The notes under the pieces are model-generated. The model was not told the origin of the DNA, did not search any database, and was given only the letters and a program-made list of their open reading frames with translations. Source: Octopus bimaculoides (Eukaryota). From it: a stretch of 64,000 nt of DNA. Where the stretch lies: NCBI RefSeq assembly GCF_001194135.2, contig NC_068992.1, positions 62,214,964 to 62,278,963 of the forward strand. The letters run 5' to 3'. Position 1 is the first letter of the stretch; every line of letters starts with the position of its first letter. This document shows positions 1 through 11,800 of this stretch, piece by piece. A program made the position numbers and the translations under genes.

Positions 1-639
1 AAATATCTAATAAACATGCATTTAATTTGTTTAAGCATAAACAGAAGTCTAACTGCAACTCGGTGCTAGAGCTGCACCTTATCCTTTGTTAGAAATGTCT
101 GTTGTTATTGACCAAAGTTGGCATGTGGTCCGAATAGTTAAATCAAATTAACGTGTAAAAGAGACAATATGCCTGAAGTCTACATTCATTGATAAGACAA
201 AGCCACTCAGCATGGTTCATATGGTTTGTAATCATGAATCTGTTCTGCTGGCCATAAGATATTCAACCAGCTTGAGAAGTTACAAAAGATATGTCTACTG
301 GTGATGGCAGTTAGAAAATATTTCAGACTTTGTATTGAGGTATAACATGCTATTTCAATATCTGGAATATTTCAGATAAATAAAGCCTTCAGTTACCTAA
401 CCATTGGTTCCCTCAGCCATAGTCTAAGCTGTTCTAAGGTACTCTTGGTTCCTGAGGCTCCAGATAAATCAAGATTTTCCCTTCTCCTAGACTTAAAGAG
501 GTTCATGTTGTTAGTTGTAAGCCCTCTATATTTCTTTTTGATATTACCAAGTAGTGAAATTGATGTTTCGTATATAATACTCCTTTGCAAAGACCATGGC
601 CTAGCTCAGTGGAAATTCATGCTTCATACATAATACTCC

Positions 640-885
640 TTTGGAAAGATATGGCCTTTGGGGGTCCATATAAGATTTTGTTATCAAAATTTATGTGCAA
701 TAAAATTGGTTATTCTTTTACTATACACAAAATATTTATACAATTTTTTTAATACTATTCCTAAGAATATTCAGTTATAAAAAATATTGTAGGATTTTAT
801 TTAGGCACCGAATGGCTATGGGGGTCCAGTAGAGTAAAATAGGAATCAAAAGGGTCCATAGGCAAAAAATGTTTGAGAACCACTC
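640..885. mobile_element. Shorter copy of the same hAT-type MITE
   Basis: ggggtccat..taagatttt..gggtccatagg..gtttgagaaccact, matching 51195-51240 and 51900-51967. Confidence 0.55.
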
Positions 886-1948
886 TTTGATTATAAGAGG
901 ACAAATAAACTGATTTTGACTGTTGCACATTGGCTGTTAGAGTGATAGCTGTGTAGATGCAAGATGTTGTTTGTGATTTATAATACTTAAGGTCATACTA
1001 TCTATGCAAGAATAACTAGCCTTTATGTTTTGTCTGTTAAGGAATATATTATATTTGTTGGTGAAAAGTGGTACCTTTCAAAGGATAGTAAATTCTTAGC
1101 TACATTTAAGGTGATGTCTAAGCTGGAAGTGGAGGGGTAAACTAAATTACTTAACACTTCTTAACTCTTGTCTGATCTAGGCCTGTAGGGAACGGCTTTT
1201 CTGTAAACTTACTTCTCACTGAAACCACTCCTGTCTAGCACCTGATTATAATATGGGGCTGTTTTACCAACACTTTCCCTGCCTAAGGATGGGCTGGTAA
1301 CTTTCCTATTTATACCAGCGACTAGGTTTCTAACTATAGTTGATAAGTGTTGGGGGGGGGGGTAACATTGGAATATTTGTGAATGTATATACAGTTCCTC
1401 ATTTGGCTTCTTGTAGGAATAATGCTTATCTATCTTAAGTTCAAATGAAATATCTATATAGTTACAATAAGGTTGGTGCTATTTGTTCCAACTGTGACCA
1501 TTTCAATGATTTGTGACTACTAGTTAAGAAGTTTGGTTCCCAACCTTGTAAATTATAGGTTCATTTCCACTGTGGGGCACCTTAGGCAAATGTCTTCTAT
1601 AACCCTGTACAGATTAAAGCTTTGTGAGTGGATTAAATAGAAGGAAACTGAAAGAAGCCTGTCATATATTTGTACATGTATGTGTGTATGTGTCACAGTA
1701 TCAACCAAACTATCGGATGTTTTACATCACTAGTCACAATGCGATCCACATTGTTTTAGCTTTTGAATGATGGATCAGAATGTCAGTTCATCATAGGATG
1801 TACCTTTTTTTGCAGCTGAATGGACTGGAACAATGCGAAATGAAGTATCTTGCTCAAGAACACAATATGCAACCAGTCTGAGAATTGAAACCATGGTCTC
1901 ACATCATGATCATGAGTGCAACACTGCTAACCACAAAGCCATATGCCA

Positions 1949-1979
<31 letters not shown>

Positions 1980-1986
<7 letters not shown>

Positions 1987-2358
1987 CCTTGGCTGTGTAG
2001 TAAGAAGCTTGTTTCCTAACCAAATGGTTCCAGGTTCATTCCCAGTGCATGGCATCTTGGGCAAGTGTCTTTTACTATAACCTTGGCCAACCAAAACCTT
2101 GTGAGTAGGTTTGGTATATGGAAACTGAAAGAAGCCTGTCATATATATGTGTGTGTGTGTGTTTGTACCCCCCCCCCATCACCACTTGACAACCTGTGTT
2201 GGTGTGTTAATGTCCCTGTTACTTAGCAGTTCAGCAAAAGAGACCATTAGAATAAGTACACGGCTTAAGAAATAAGTCCTGGGGTCAATTTGTTCAACTA
2301 GAAACCTTCAGGGTGGTGCTCCAGCATGGCCACAGTCAAATGACTGAAACAAGTAAAA
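1980..2358 (+). mobile_element. tRNA-derived CORE-type SINE family A, full length
   Basis: A-box tggctgtgtagtaag, B-box ggttcattccc, CORE-like cttgggcaagtgtctt, central microsatellite, tail ggtgctccagcatggccacagtcaaatgactgaaacaagtaaaa. More than 20 copies or fragments in the window, e.g. 1510-1670(+), 4275-4428(-), 8851-9012(+), 10885-11015(-), 13320-13430(+), 25708-25760(-), 45285-45435(+), 47366-47455(+), 48265-48400(-), 53962-54105(+), 56435-56625(-), 57608-57680(+), 58280-58482(+). Confidence 0.9.
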
Positions 2359-3641
2359 AAATGTGTGTGTGTGTGTGTGTGTATCTCTGTCCTCAACTTG
2401 ACATCACACCATACTTATAACTGGCATCGCCTTTATACAAATAGTGCCAGTTTTGTCCCATCTTCCCATCTCCAGCTATGGAGAAATATTGGTTTGAAAG
2501 TTTGGCACAAAGCCAGCAAAGTTGGGGAGGAGATAAGCCAATTATCTCAACCCTGGTTTTTAACTGGTACTTATTTTGTTGATCCTGGGAGGAAGAAAAG
2601 TAAAGTTGACCTCGGTGGAATTTGAACTTAGAACCAGGCACATACTGTCAGTAATTACTCAGGGTAGGCTGTTGGTGACATTTATGTAGTAAAGCACTAA
2701 CACACGACTGAGTTGGAGGCAGATTTATTTCTGCCTCTATAGCGCATAAAGAAAACATTGTTGGAATGTATGCAGCACATGTGCTACAGAAGTACTAAGT
2801 TTGGCTTAAATGCTGAGATCGAAAAGCAGAGGCAAATTATGCCTACCTAATCTACAAAAAAAAAAATATTTTGTGTTTTATGCATAGTAATCAGAGTAAC
2901 CTTCATAATTTTATTGAACTAGGTCCATATTTTGCCATAAAAGGAAAATGTTGCTATCAATCTGTTTTATTCAATGTAGGCATTGCCTACCTTGGCTACC
3001 TAGGTGGCATGTCCCTGCTTAGAACGTAACGATGGAAGAAATGCTGGTTAGCGTTTTTACCGGCATGCTAACAATTCTGCCAGCTCACTGCCTTAGCCAT
3101 GGAGAAATATTACCTTGGAATCAGATGAAGGTTGGTGACAGGGAGGGCATCCAAGTGCAGAAAATCTGCCTCAACAAATTTCATCTGACCCATCACATTA
3201 AAAATAGTGATGAAGCACTCCTGTCATTAAAAAGATGGTAGTGTGTAATTTGAGGGAGTATTAGCTGCTATTTCAAGCAGATTGAATGACTTCTGAACAT
3301 GGCTTTCTCTTTATGTTTAGTGTCCTAGGTTAGGCCATATTAAGCAAAACTATGATCACAGTAGATCTAGCCATGACCACCATGTCTTTTTTTTCTTTTG
3401 TTTTAGTTGTGCTATAACCATGTCAACATTATCCTGTTATTTAAGGTCCCAGGGAAGCAATGGAAAGCATACTGTTAATTGACACAGGGGGAACTAGACA
3501 AAGGAAATGGCAGGCAGGCAGACAGACAGACAGAGAGATAGACAGGCACCACACAGACCTTCATTTCATATGTTTGACGGTACTGTTACTGTTGTTCTGC
3601 AGTTATCTCCTCTTTGCTGTGAATTTGTTTACTCATGCATT

Positions 3642-3680
<39 letters not shown>

Positions 3681-4139
3681 NNNNNNNNNNNNNNNNNNNN
3701 NNNNNNNNNNNNNNNNNNNNNNNNNNNNNNNNNNNNNNNNNNNNNNNNNNNNNNNNNNNNNNNNNNNNNNNNNNNNNNNNNNNNNNNNNNNNNNNNNNNN
3801 NNNNNNNNNNNNNNNNNNNNNNNNNNNNNNNNNNNNNNNNNNNNNNNNNNNNNNNNNNNNNNNNNNNNNNNNNNNNNNNNNNNNNNNNNNNNNNNNNNNN
3901 NNNNNNNNNNNNNNNNNNNNNNNNNNNNNNNNNNNNNNNNNNNNNNNNNNNNNNNNNNNNNNNNNNNNNNNNNNNNNNNNNNNNNNNNNNNNNNNNNNNN
4001 NNNNNNNNNNNNNNNNNNNNNNNNNNNNNNNNNNNNNNNNNNNNNNNNNNNNNNNNNNNNNNNNNNNNNNNNNNNNNNNNNNNNNNNNNNNNNNNNNNNN
4101 NNNNNNNNNNNNNNNNNNNNNNNNNNNNNNNNNNNNNNN
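3681..4139. other. Assembly gap
   Basis: N run. Other gaps: 13497-13545, 22794-23575, 25378-25601, 34318-34411, 43641-43650, 53124-53133, 55772-55781, 60264-60588, 61798-61897. Most abut microsatellites. Confidence 1.
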
Positions 4140-4200
4140 CAAAAACACATACAAACACATACTCTACTCACACACTTATATATATATATGTGTATGTGTG

Positions 4201-4278
<78 letters not shown>

Positions 4279-4649
4279 ACAGGCTTCTTTCAGTTTCCAT
4301 CTACCAAATCCACTCACAAGGCTTTGGTTGGCCCGAAGAAGCTACTTGCCCAAGGAGCCACGCAGTGGGACTGAACCCAGAACCATGTGGCTGGTAAGCA
4401 AGCTACTTACCACACAGCTGCTCCTGACACACAGTATTGTTCTGTATGCATGTAGATGATAACATGTACTGATGAATGTGATAGGGAGGGTACACCAACC
4501 TCAGTACGCAACTGTTAGTTATTTCTTGAACCTCGAAAGGATGAAAGACTAAGTTGACCTCGACAGAATTTGAACACAATGTAATGATTCTCTAAGCTCA
4601 CTGCCTTCATCAATATCTAATAATATTGCTCAATATTTTTGCTGTATCT

Positions 4650-4890
4650 AGGGCAGCGAGCTGGCAGAATCATTTACATGCCGGATGAAATGCTTAGCGG
4701 TATTTCGTCTGCTGTTACATTCTGAGTTCAAATTCTGCCAAGGTCAACTTTGGCTTTCATTCTTTCAGGGTCGATTAGATAAGTACCAGTTACACACTGG
4801 GGTCAATGTAAACGACTTAATCCCCTTGTCTGTCCTTGTTTGTCCCTTCTATGTTTAGCCCCTTCTGGGCAATAAAGAAATAAATATTTT
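4650..4890 (+). mobile_element. tRNA-derived SINE family B (central domain resembles the Meta domain; unverified)
   Basis: ggcagcgagctggcagaatc (A-box), gagttcaaattc (B-box), aggtcaactttggctttcattctttcagggtcgat..aagtaccag. Other copies: 2500-2640(-), 4500-4615(-), 20445-20660(+), 20660-20770(-), 41630-41765(-), 44160-44300(-), 61515-61660(+). Confidence 0.85.
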
Positions 4891-5249
4891 TGCTGTATTA
4901 CCCCAATCCTGATATAAGTCGACTTGGGTGTAAAGGATTTTTGTCCTGGTATCTTAGACATTTCTGTTTAGTAAGCTCTATATAATTTGTTGTATAATTA
5001 AGTTGCTGTCATGTTTTAAACATAAAAATGTCCAAATCAGATCCTGTCACACTGTCCATCCCATGCCAGCATGGAACATGTATTGTAAACATGGATTTAT
5101 TTATATTATAAGGGCATTACTATACATGAATGCCTCACACCAAGAGGGACTCTAAGGTCAAGCTACCATAATAAACACATTTATTTATATATATATATAT
5201 ATATATGTTATATAATGTGTTATATATGTATTATATATATATGATAACT

Positions 5250-5550
5250 AGAGTGTAAGATGGTCTGATTGATGGAACAACCTGCTTGTAGAATTAATGT
5301 GCATGTAGCTGACCACTCCACAGACACGTGTACCCTTAACGTTGTACTCAGGGAGATGATTCAGTGTGACACACAATGTGACAAGGCTGGCCCTTTGAAA
5401 TACAGGTACTACTTATTTTTGTCTGCTGACTGGACTGGTGCAATGTGAAATAAAGTGTCTTGCTCAAGGACACAATGCGAGGCTAGGAATTGAACTCATG
5501 ACCTTATGATCATGAGCTGAATACCCTAACCACTAAACTACACGCCTTCG
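5250..5550 (-). mobile_element. SINE family C-related (tRNA head, CORE-like centre, shared tail)
   Basis: Shares head and tail with 33941. Similar copies at 40515-40840(-) and tail fragment 24556-24668(-). Heads with other tails at 1690-1945(-), 6785-7044(-), 43020-43220(-), 47570-47835(+), 56945-57300(+). Confidence 0.8.
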
Positions 5551-5959
5551 CTAAAGTATATATTGTGCACTTTATTGTGTTTTGTTCTGCTCAAGATTCT
5601 CTCATTGGTGGAAAAGATTGTCTTACATGAAACCGAGTCCATGTGCAAAAGAAAGTCTGGAGACTGCTGGTCAAATGCATCCCTTGGCTACTGTGTTCTC
5701 CTCTTCTCACTTCACCTGGTTCTCTAATCACTCCTACAGCAACCTTCACTTAACATACATACATCTACCCCCACCTGTTCCTCTTATCATCCCTAAACCT
5801 CTCCTCTCACCACACATACCACCTACCCCCACCAGATCTTCATTCAGTCATCTTGCTCATGTTCTTGCTTTAGTTATCAACTTGGATCATTTAACCTAAA
5901 ACCATCAAGTTTTGATTATATCGACCCCTTTATTTACCTGACTGACACTTTCGTTTTCC

Positions 5960-6290
5960 ATGCTGGCACTGTGCTATGGTTGAAGAAAGCCAGACTTTAA
6001 TCCGTCATCTTATTAAACACCAGTACTTGGTCCTTGGGTAACTTCAGCAGAATTCACTCTGTTGCAAGCTTTTAGGCCAGCATTCTAATTTCAGGAGCAC
6101 ACTTCCCCCATCAGTTTCTCTTTGTAGTGTTGGCTTCAAGTACTAGACCATGCAGAGACCCCAAATTTCATTTCCGCGACCAGCTCAAGGCCACTCAGCT
6201 CTTCTATGCCACCCTTGGCCTGATCAAGCACTTCAGGCACCGGCACACTTTACACCCGTTAAGATGAAGATGCTCAATCACTTACTACAG
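5960..6290 (+). mobile_element. Degenerate, internally deleted RTE-BovB 3' fragment
   Basis: PKFHFRDQLKAT...GLIKHFRHRH. Nucleotide similarity to 59335-59370 (gaccagctcaa). Confidence 0.5.
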
Positions 6291-7258
6291 ATTAACTATT
6301 CAGATACGAGTTAATGCTGATGACAATCCCTGGCAACCTCAGAAGATCTGACAAAATATACTTAAGGCAGGAATGGGGTGAGGGGTTTGCACATTGTACC
6401 CTGACTAAAAATAAAACAATAAACAAAACATATTTATCCCTTTCTGATGGCCTAATTTCCAGTGGAGTTGGTGGAGGTGGTGGTTTGATAAATAAGTATT
6501 ACTGAATCACCTACACACACTCCTGGTTTCATTCTCCAAACAGATTTTTACTCAACTCATACCCTCAGGAGCCACCTTGCTCCTCCCTCTTTCTTGCCTC
6601 TCCTAGTCTGTACCCTCATTGCCTTGCACAAGTGCTGCCCTCTCCTCCCCCACTTGGGCTTTTGTAGTATACTGAGTTGCATGAAAACCTCAAAAGTGCT
6701 GGTGGCATGTAAAAAGGTGCCCAATAATTTCTATAAAGTGTTTGGCCATTAGGAAGGGCTTCCAATTGTAGAAACTATGCTAAAAAGTAATGGTAAAGTT
6801 ACTTTCTCGAGTCATGTCGACTGATAAGGGCCAATTTCCTGGTTTCCATGGAATATACATTCCCAACGTGGACGGGACACTGGTCTGTTACAGGATTACT
6901 CAATTTTGCCAGCTGAGTGGACTGGAGCAATGTGAAAGGAAGTGCTTAGCTCAAGGAAACAATGTGTTGCCTGTTCCAGGAATCAAAATCACAACTTTAC
7001 ATTCGTAAGTTCAACACCCTAACCACTAAGCCAAGCATCTCCACAAACCATGCCAAAGCAGACACCGAAACATGATGCAGTCCTTGAACAAATCAGATCC
7101 TGTCAAACTGTCCAGCCCATGCCAGCATGGAACATGGATTTTAAAAGATGACAACGATGATGATGGTGATGATTATGATGATGATGAGGAGGAGGATGAT
7201 GGTGGTGACGATGATTTGTGTCACTTTTCTGTACCTATGAGTTGTTTTTTTTTTTTGT

Positions 7259-7290
<32 letters not shown>

Positions 7291-8059
7291 CATTCAAATT
7301 AATTAGTGAGAGAATGGGGGACAATAACTACATCCCTCTTGTTATAACTTTTCATTATCATCACTGATATCACCTTATCAGCCCTCTCCCCCCACCACCG
7401 ATGTCATCGTCATCAGCATCCTCATTAGCAGCATCTCTGTCATCATCACTATTATAAACATCAAGTTGATGGATGATTTTCTGCACTATCGCCACCACCA
7501 CCACCATCACCATCACTACCACCACCATCATTATCATCATCGTCATCATTATCATCATCATCACCTTCATCACCGTCATCATTATCATCATCGTCATCAT
7601 CATCACCCCATTCAGGTAAATAATTTTTCCTCACCTTGACATATATTATCTAACATCCCAGCTATTGTGTGGCGAATAGCAGCATATGTCTGGTATTCCT
7701 ACATCTCCATGATGATGATGATGGTGATGTTGTTGTTGTTGTTGTTGATGATGAAGATGATGATGATCATGTGGAGGTGATGTTGATAGTGATGGTGGAA
7801 GTTTTGACAGAATGCTGGTGATGAAGATGGTGGCTGTAGCACCACTGTTTTAGTTAGTAGTGATGGTCATGATTGTGGTGGTGGTGGTGGTAGGAATGGT
7901 AGTGGTGGTAGTGGTAGAGATGGAGGAGATGTTGGTGGTGGTGGTGGTGGCTGTGAGCACACGTGGCAAACCAACGCGAAGAATGCATATTTCTGTGTGT
8001 GTCATGACATATCTCTAGATCAGAGATAGAGAGAAGAGTTCTGTATACAAAAGACCCAA

Positions 8060-8103
<44 letters not shown>

Positions 8104-8144
8104 ATCTCTCTTTCTTTCTCTCTCTCTCTCTCTCTATCTCTCTT

Positions 8145-8209
<65 letters not shown>

Positions 8210-9239
8210 ATATATATTTCTCTGTCTGTCTGTTCATCCGGCTATTTGATACTTTCTTAACTTGGTTAAGAACAGTGTGAAAACATTACTTTATTCCTTG
8301 CTACGCTAAATGGTAGTTTACTGTTCCTTTCAAAAAATAACTTTTAACCCCATCAGGTCCCTAACCTACCTTAGACTAACCCTTATTTTAGGATACAAAT
8401 TCCCTCTTTTAGATTTAAATAAACTGAAACTTTACAAACTCCAGTTTAATAATGACAAAATTTATCATCGTTTAATGTCTGTTTTCCATGCTGGCATGGG
8501 TTGGACGGTTTGTCTGAGGTCTGGAGAGCCAACGGCTTCATCAGTCTCCTATCTGATCTGGCAATGTTTCTACTGCTAGATGCTCTTCCTAATGCCAACC
8601 ACTCTGAAAGTGTAGTGGGTGCTTTTTGCATGCCACTAGCACAGGAGCCAGTCAGGTGGGCCTGGCATCGATCACGTTTGGATAGTGCTTTTTATGCGCC
8701 ACTGGAATGGGAACCAGTCAGGAAGCACTGGCACCGGCCAAGTTCAGATGGTGCTTTTTATGTGCTACCAGCACAGGAGCCAGTCAGGCAGACCTGGCAT
8801 TGACCATGATATATTACAAAATTCTTTATTATTTTGGATGTCAGGTGGTTGGTGCAGGCATGGCTGTGTGGTTAAGAAGCCTGCTTCCCAGCCGCATGGT
8901 TTCAGGTTCATTCCCACTGCATGCCACCTTGAGCAAGTGTCTTTATTATAATCCAGGGCTGACTAAAGCTTTTTTAATGGATTTGATAGCTTGAAACTGA
9001 AAGAAGCTTGTTGAATACATCGTTATTACCACAACAGAACTGAGATCCCAAAACCAAGGTGCCATGTAAAAAACATTGGTGTGGATGCTGAGGCCATTAA
9101 AACAGCACTGGTGATGGTACCATGACAAAGTACCCAGTATACTCTGTGAAGTGGTTGGCATTAGGATGGGCATCCAGCCATAGGAACCAAGCTAAAACAA
9201 ACCATGGCACTATCTTCACCTTCTTCATATTCCATAGCC

Positions 9240-9610
9240 AGTTTATTTCATTCTTAAGAGGGTTGTATTTATCTATTTTTTTGCCTTCCTTCTTGGGTCA
9301 AAGGGGGATGCAACATCGACTATATTGCACATGTAGCTCATCTTGTTGACCACCACTAGGTCTGGTCTGTTATGCTCTAGCACTTGATCAGTTTGGATTG
9401 GGAAACCCTGAGGATTTTGTAAGACTCTGGCTTCACCACTCTCTACGGTTTGTGCTGATACTACGTCTTGCCTCTCTCTGGCCCCCACTTTTTGCACAGT
9501 TTCCAATGTAGCACTTTTATTACCTGATCATGTCGTCACAGCTTGAAGTGATTTTGAACAAGTCTAGGGTATTCGTTTGTGATACGGGCAATGGTTTCAT
9601 CCACCCTATT
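9240..9610 (-). mobile_element. RLE-type non-LTR retrotransposon 3' fragment (R4/Dong- or Hero/NeSL-like)
   Basis: Minus-strand FPIQTDQVLEHNRPDLVVVNK...CNIVDVASPFD (PD-D/ExK restriction-like endonuclease), preceded by a decayed CCHC/RHD region. Confidence 0.8.
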
Positions 9611-9644
9611 ACAGATGTGATACAGTGGAGACACTTGTATTGTT

Positions 9645-10260
9645 ATTACGTTCACCTTAACGAAGGTGGGTGTATTATTTTCAGTCATGTTTGTTTGTTT
9701 GTTTGATTTTTTGTTTGTCAGTGGACAAGATATCTCAAGAATCGCTGGATGGATTCAAATGAAACTTTCAGGGATGTTTAGCCCTGCGACTGGCACAAAT
9801 TGATTAGATTCTGGGATCAATCTGGTACCAGACAAGGACTCTGGATTATTTGTTATACTTATTCTACATGATTACGATCTTATATTAACTTTCAAGTCTT
9901 TCTCAATTATCTCCCTTTAGGCTGTAACTATTTTGAATGGTGAATTTATTAACTTTGGCTTGTATTAATTAGATAAGGATAAACTATTTATTACTGTTAC
10001 TAAATTTTCTGTAGCCGCCTTCACACTCTATGACTACCATTAGGATCAATCAGGTACCGGACAAGGATTCTGGATTATTTTTCCAGTTTTTTTTATTTAA
10101 TTTTTGAGTGAGCAGTCACCTTCATTTTTGGTATGCCTCTTTGTGAGAGCAGTCGAGTTTATTTCAGATATTTTCTTTTTAAAAATCATCTCTGACTAAT
10201 CATAGAAAGGACGATTGTGTTGCCTTGGCGGAGGTTTGTGCTCTCTGAGTGTTCGTGTTA
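9645..10260 (+). mobile_element. Non-autonomous Helentron-like (HINE/DINE-1-like) element with internal insertion
   Basis: 5' hairpin cacctt-aacg-aaggtg, (GTTT)n, 3' ccttggcggagg sub-terminal repeat, and terminal hairpin gtgctc-tct-gagtgt. Confidence 0.7.
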
Positions 10261-10288
10261 TTATTGTTCTTACTATTATTATTATCTA

Positions 10289-10333
<45 letters not shown>

Positions 10334-10469
10334 TCATCATCAACAACATCATCATCGCTTAACATCCTCTGTCTGTGTTGGCAGGGATTGGACAGTTTGA
10401 CTGAGGACTCGCAAGCTGAGAGGCTGTCCCAGGCTCTCATATATATATATATATTTCTTTCCTTCTGGA

Positions 10470-10848
10470 TCTGGACTGTTTGATTCTGAACTTTATACCC
10501 TCCGGCTGCACCTCTCCTACCCACGGATTTACACTGGACCCATCTTCTGATTGGAAATCGCTTCAATATACCACGACGTCTAAAAAACTTTTGAACTTTT
10601 CCACTTTTGTAAACCTCCTTTATCATCCTTTTTTACCTTACTTTCCTTCACCTACCGTCTCTTCGTACTCTGGATGTTCCTAATCTGTCTTCTCTCTCCG
10701 TGTTTTTCTCCTTGTCTCCGTATTCTTTCTGTTGAAGAGCGTAGCTCGAAACGTCAAAGACTTTCCGTATTCCCGAGCGTCATACTAATATATACTTTTG
10801 TTATTTACACCACCTGTCCTCGTCTGTTGTTATTTTTTGTATATTCTC

Positions 10849-10850
<2 letters not shown>
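10470..10850 (+). mobile_element. Penelope-like element (PLE) terminal repeat / 3' tail remnant
   Basis: Pyrimidine-rich stretch leading into the ctgNtgaa-stem-cgaaacgtc motif typical of PLE terminal repeats, flanked by (TA)n. No RT or GIY-YIG ORF recognised. Confidence 0.5.
10724..10760 (+). ncRNA. Hammerhead-like fold with non-canonical core (CUGUUGA)
   Basis: TCTTT-CTGTTGA-A-GAGC-gta-GCTC-GAAA-C-GTC^AAAGA. Stems I and II are perfect and stem III is the palindrome ACGT, but A6 is replaced by U. Confidence 0.55.
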
Positions 10851-10883
<33 letters not shown>

Positions 10884-11213
10884 CCTCTCTCAAGGTCTCT
10901 GGTTGTCCTGGGACTATAGTAGAAAGCACTTGCCTAAGGTGTCACATAGTGAGACTGAACCCAAATCTATTCAGTTGGGAAACAGACTTCTTACCACACA
11001 CCCATAACTGAGCCTATGAATATGCTTTAAATAGCTTTGATCACAGAGCTTACTGTGTCACAGTTAACCTGGGGTTAAACAACAACAACAACACCAGCAA
11101 TATTAATTTATATATTATTTAATTAACAAATTGTTGTTATGCTTTTCTATTTTTCTCTTGTTTACTGCTACAAATCAACCATTATTGGTTTCTTGGCAGA
11201 AGGATGGTTTCTT

Positions 11214-11266
<53 letters not shown>

Positions 11267-11326
11267 TATGTTAATACTGCTATTATATAACTATAGAAAA
11301 CCACCACCACCACCACCGCTTCTCTG

Positions 11327-11800
11327 ATTTCTCTATTGATATTCTCCTTCAGTTGCATCATGGTCTCCGGTTTGTTGACGTAAACGCTCTCTTTCAGGTA
11401 TCCATGATTGAGACCATTTTGCACCCAGCCATTCAAAGTAGACCTCACACATGGTTCCAGCAACATGGGTCAACTGCTCATACCACATGAGAAACAATGC
11501 AGTTGCTATGGCAGTGCTTTGGAGAGAGAATAATTTCCCACTATGGCAATGTCAACTGGCCTTCATGTTCTGCAAACTTGACTAGCATCGAATTTTTCTC
11601 ATGGGGATACCTGACAGGAGGGTTTACGTCAACAGACCGAAGACCCTGGGGCAACTGAAGGAGAACTTCAATAGAGAAATCAGAGAAGTGGGGTCTGAAA
11701 CTCTCGAGGGTATTATGGTATAAGTTTTGGAAAGAGCATGGGTGTGCAAAGCTGGAAATGGTTTCCATTTATGCGATGTCATTTTTCATATGTGATGTAG
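11327..11800 (+). mobile_element. Tc1/mariner (DD37D/maT-like) transposase C-terminal relic with inverted duplicate
   Basis: Plus strand WFQQHGSTAHT..NWP..ANLTSIEFFSWGYL..VYVN.P.TL.QLKEN. An inverted copy of the GYLKESVYVNKPETMMQLKENINREIRE segment lies at 11327-11405. Confidence 0.8.

Noticed and set aside
3460-4459. ORFs of 175-393 aa spanning N-runs (also 22664-23895, 25298-25921, 59937-60678)
   Set aside because: They are open only because Ns contain no stops.
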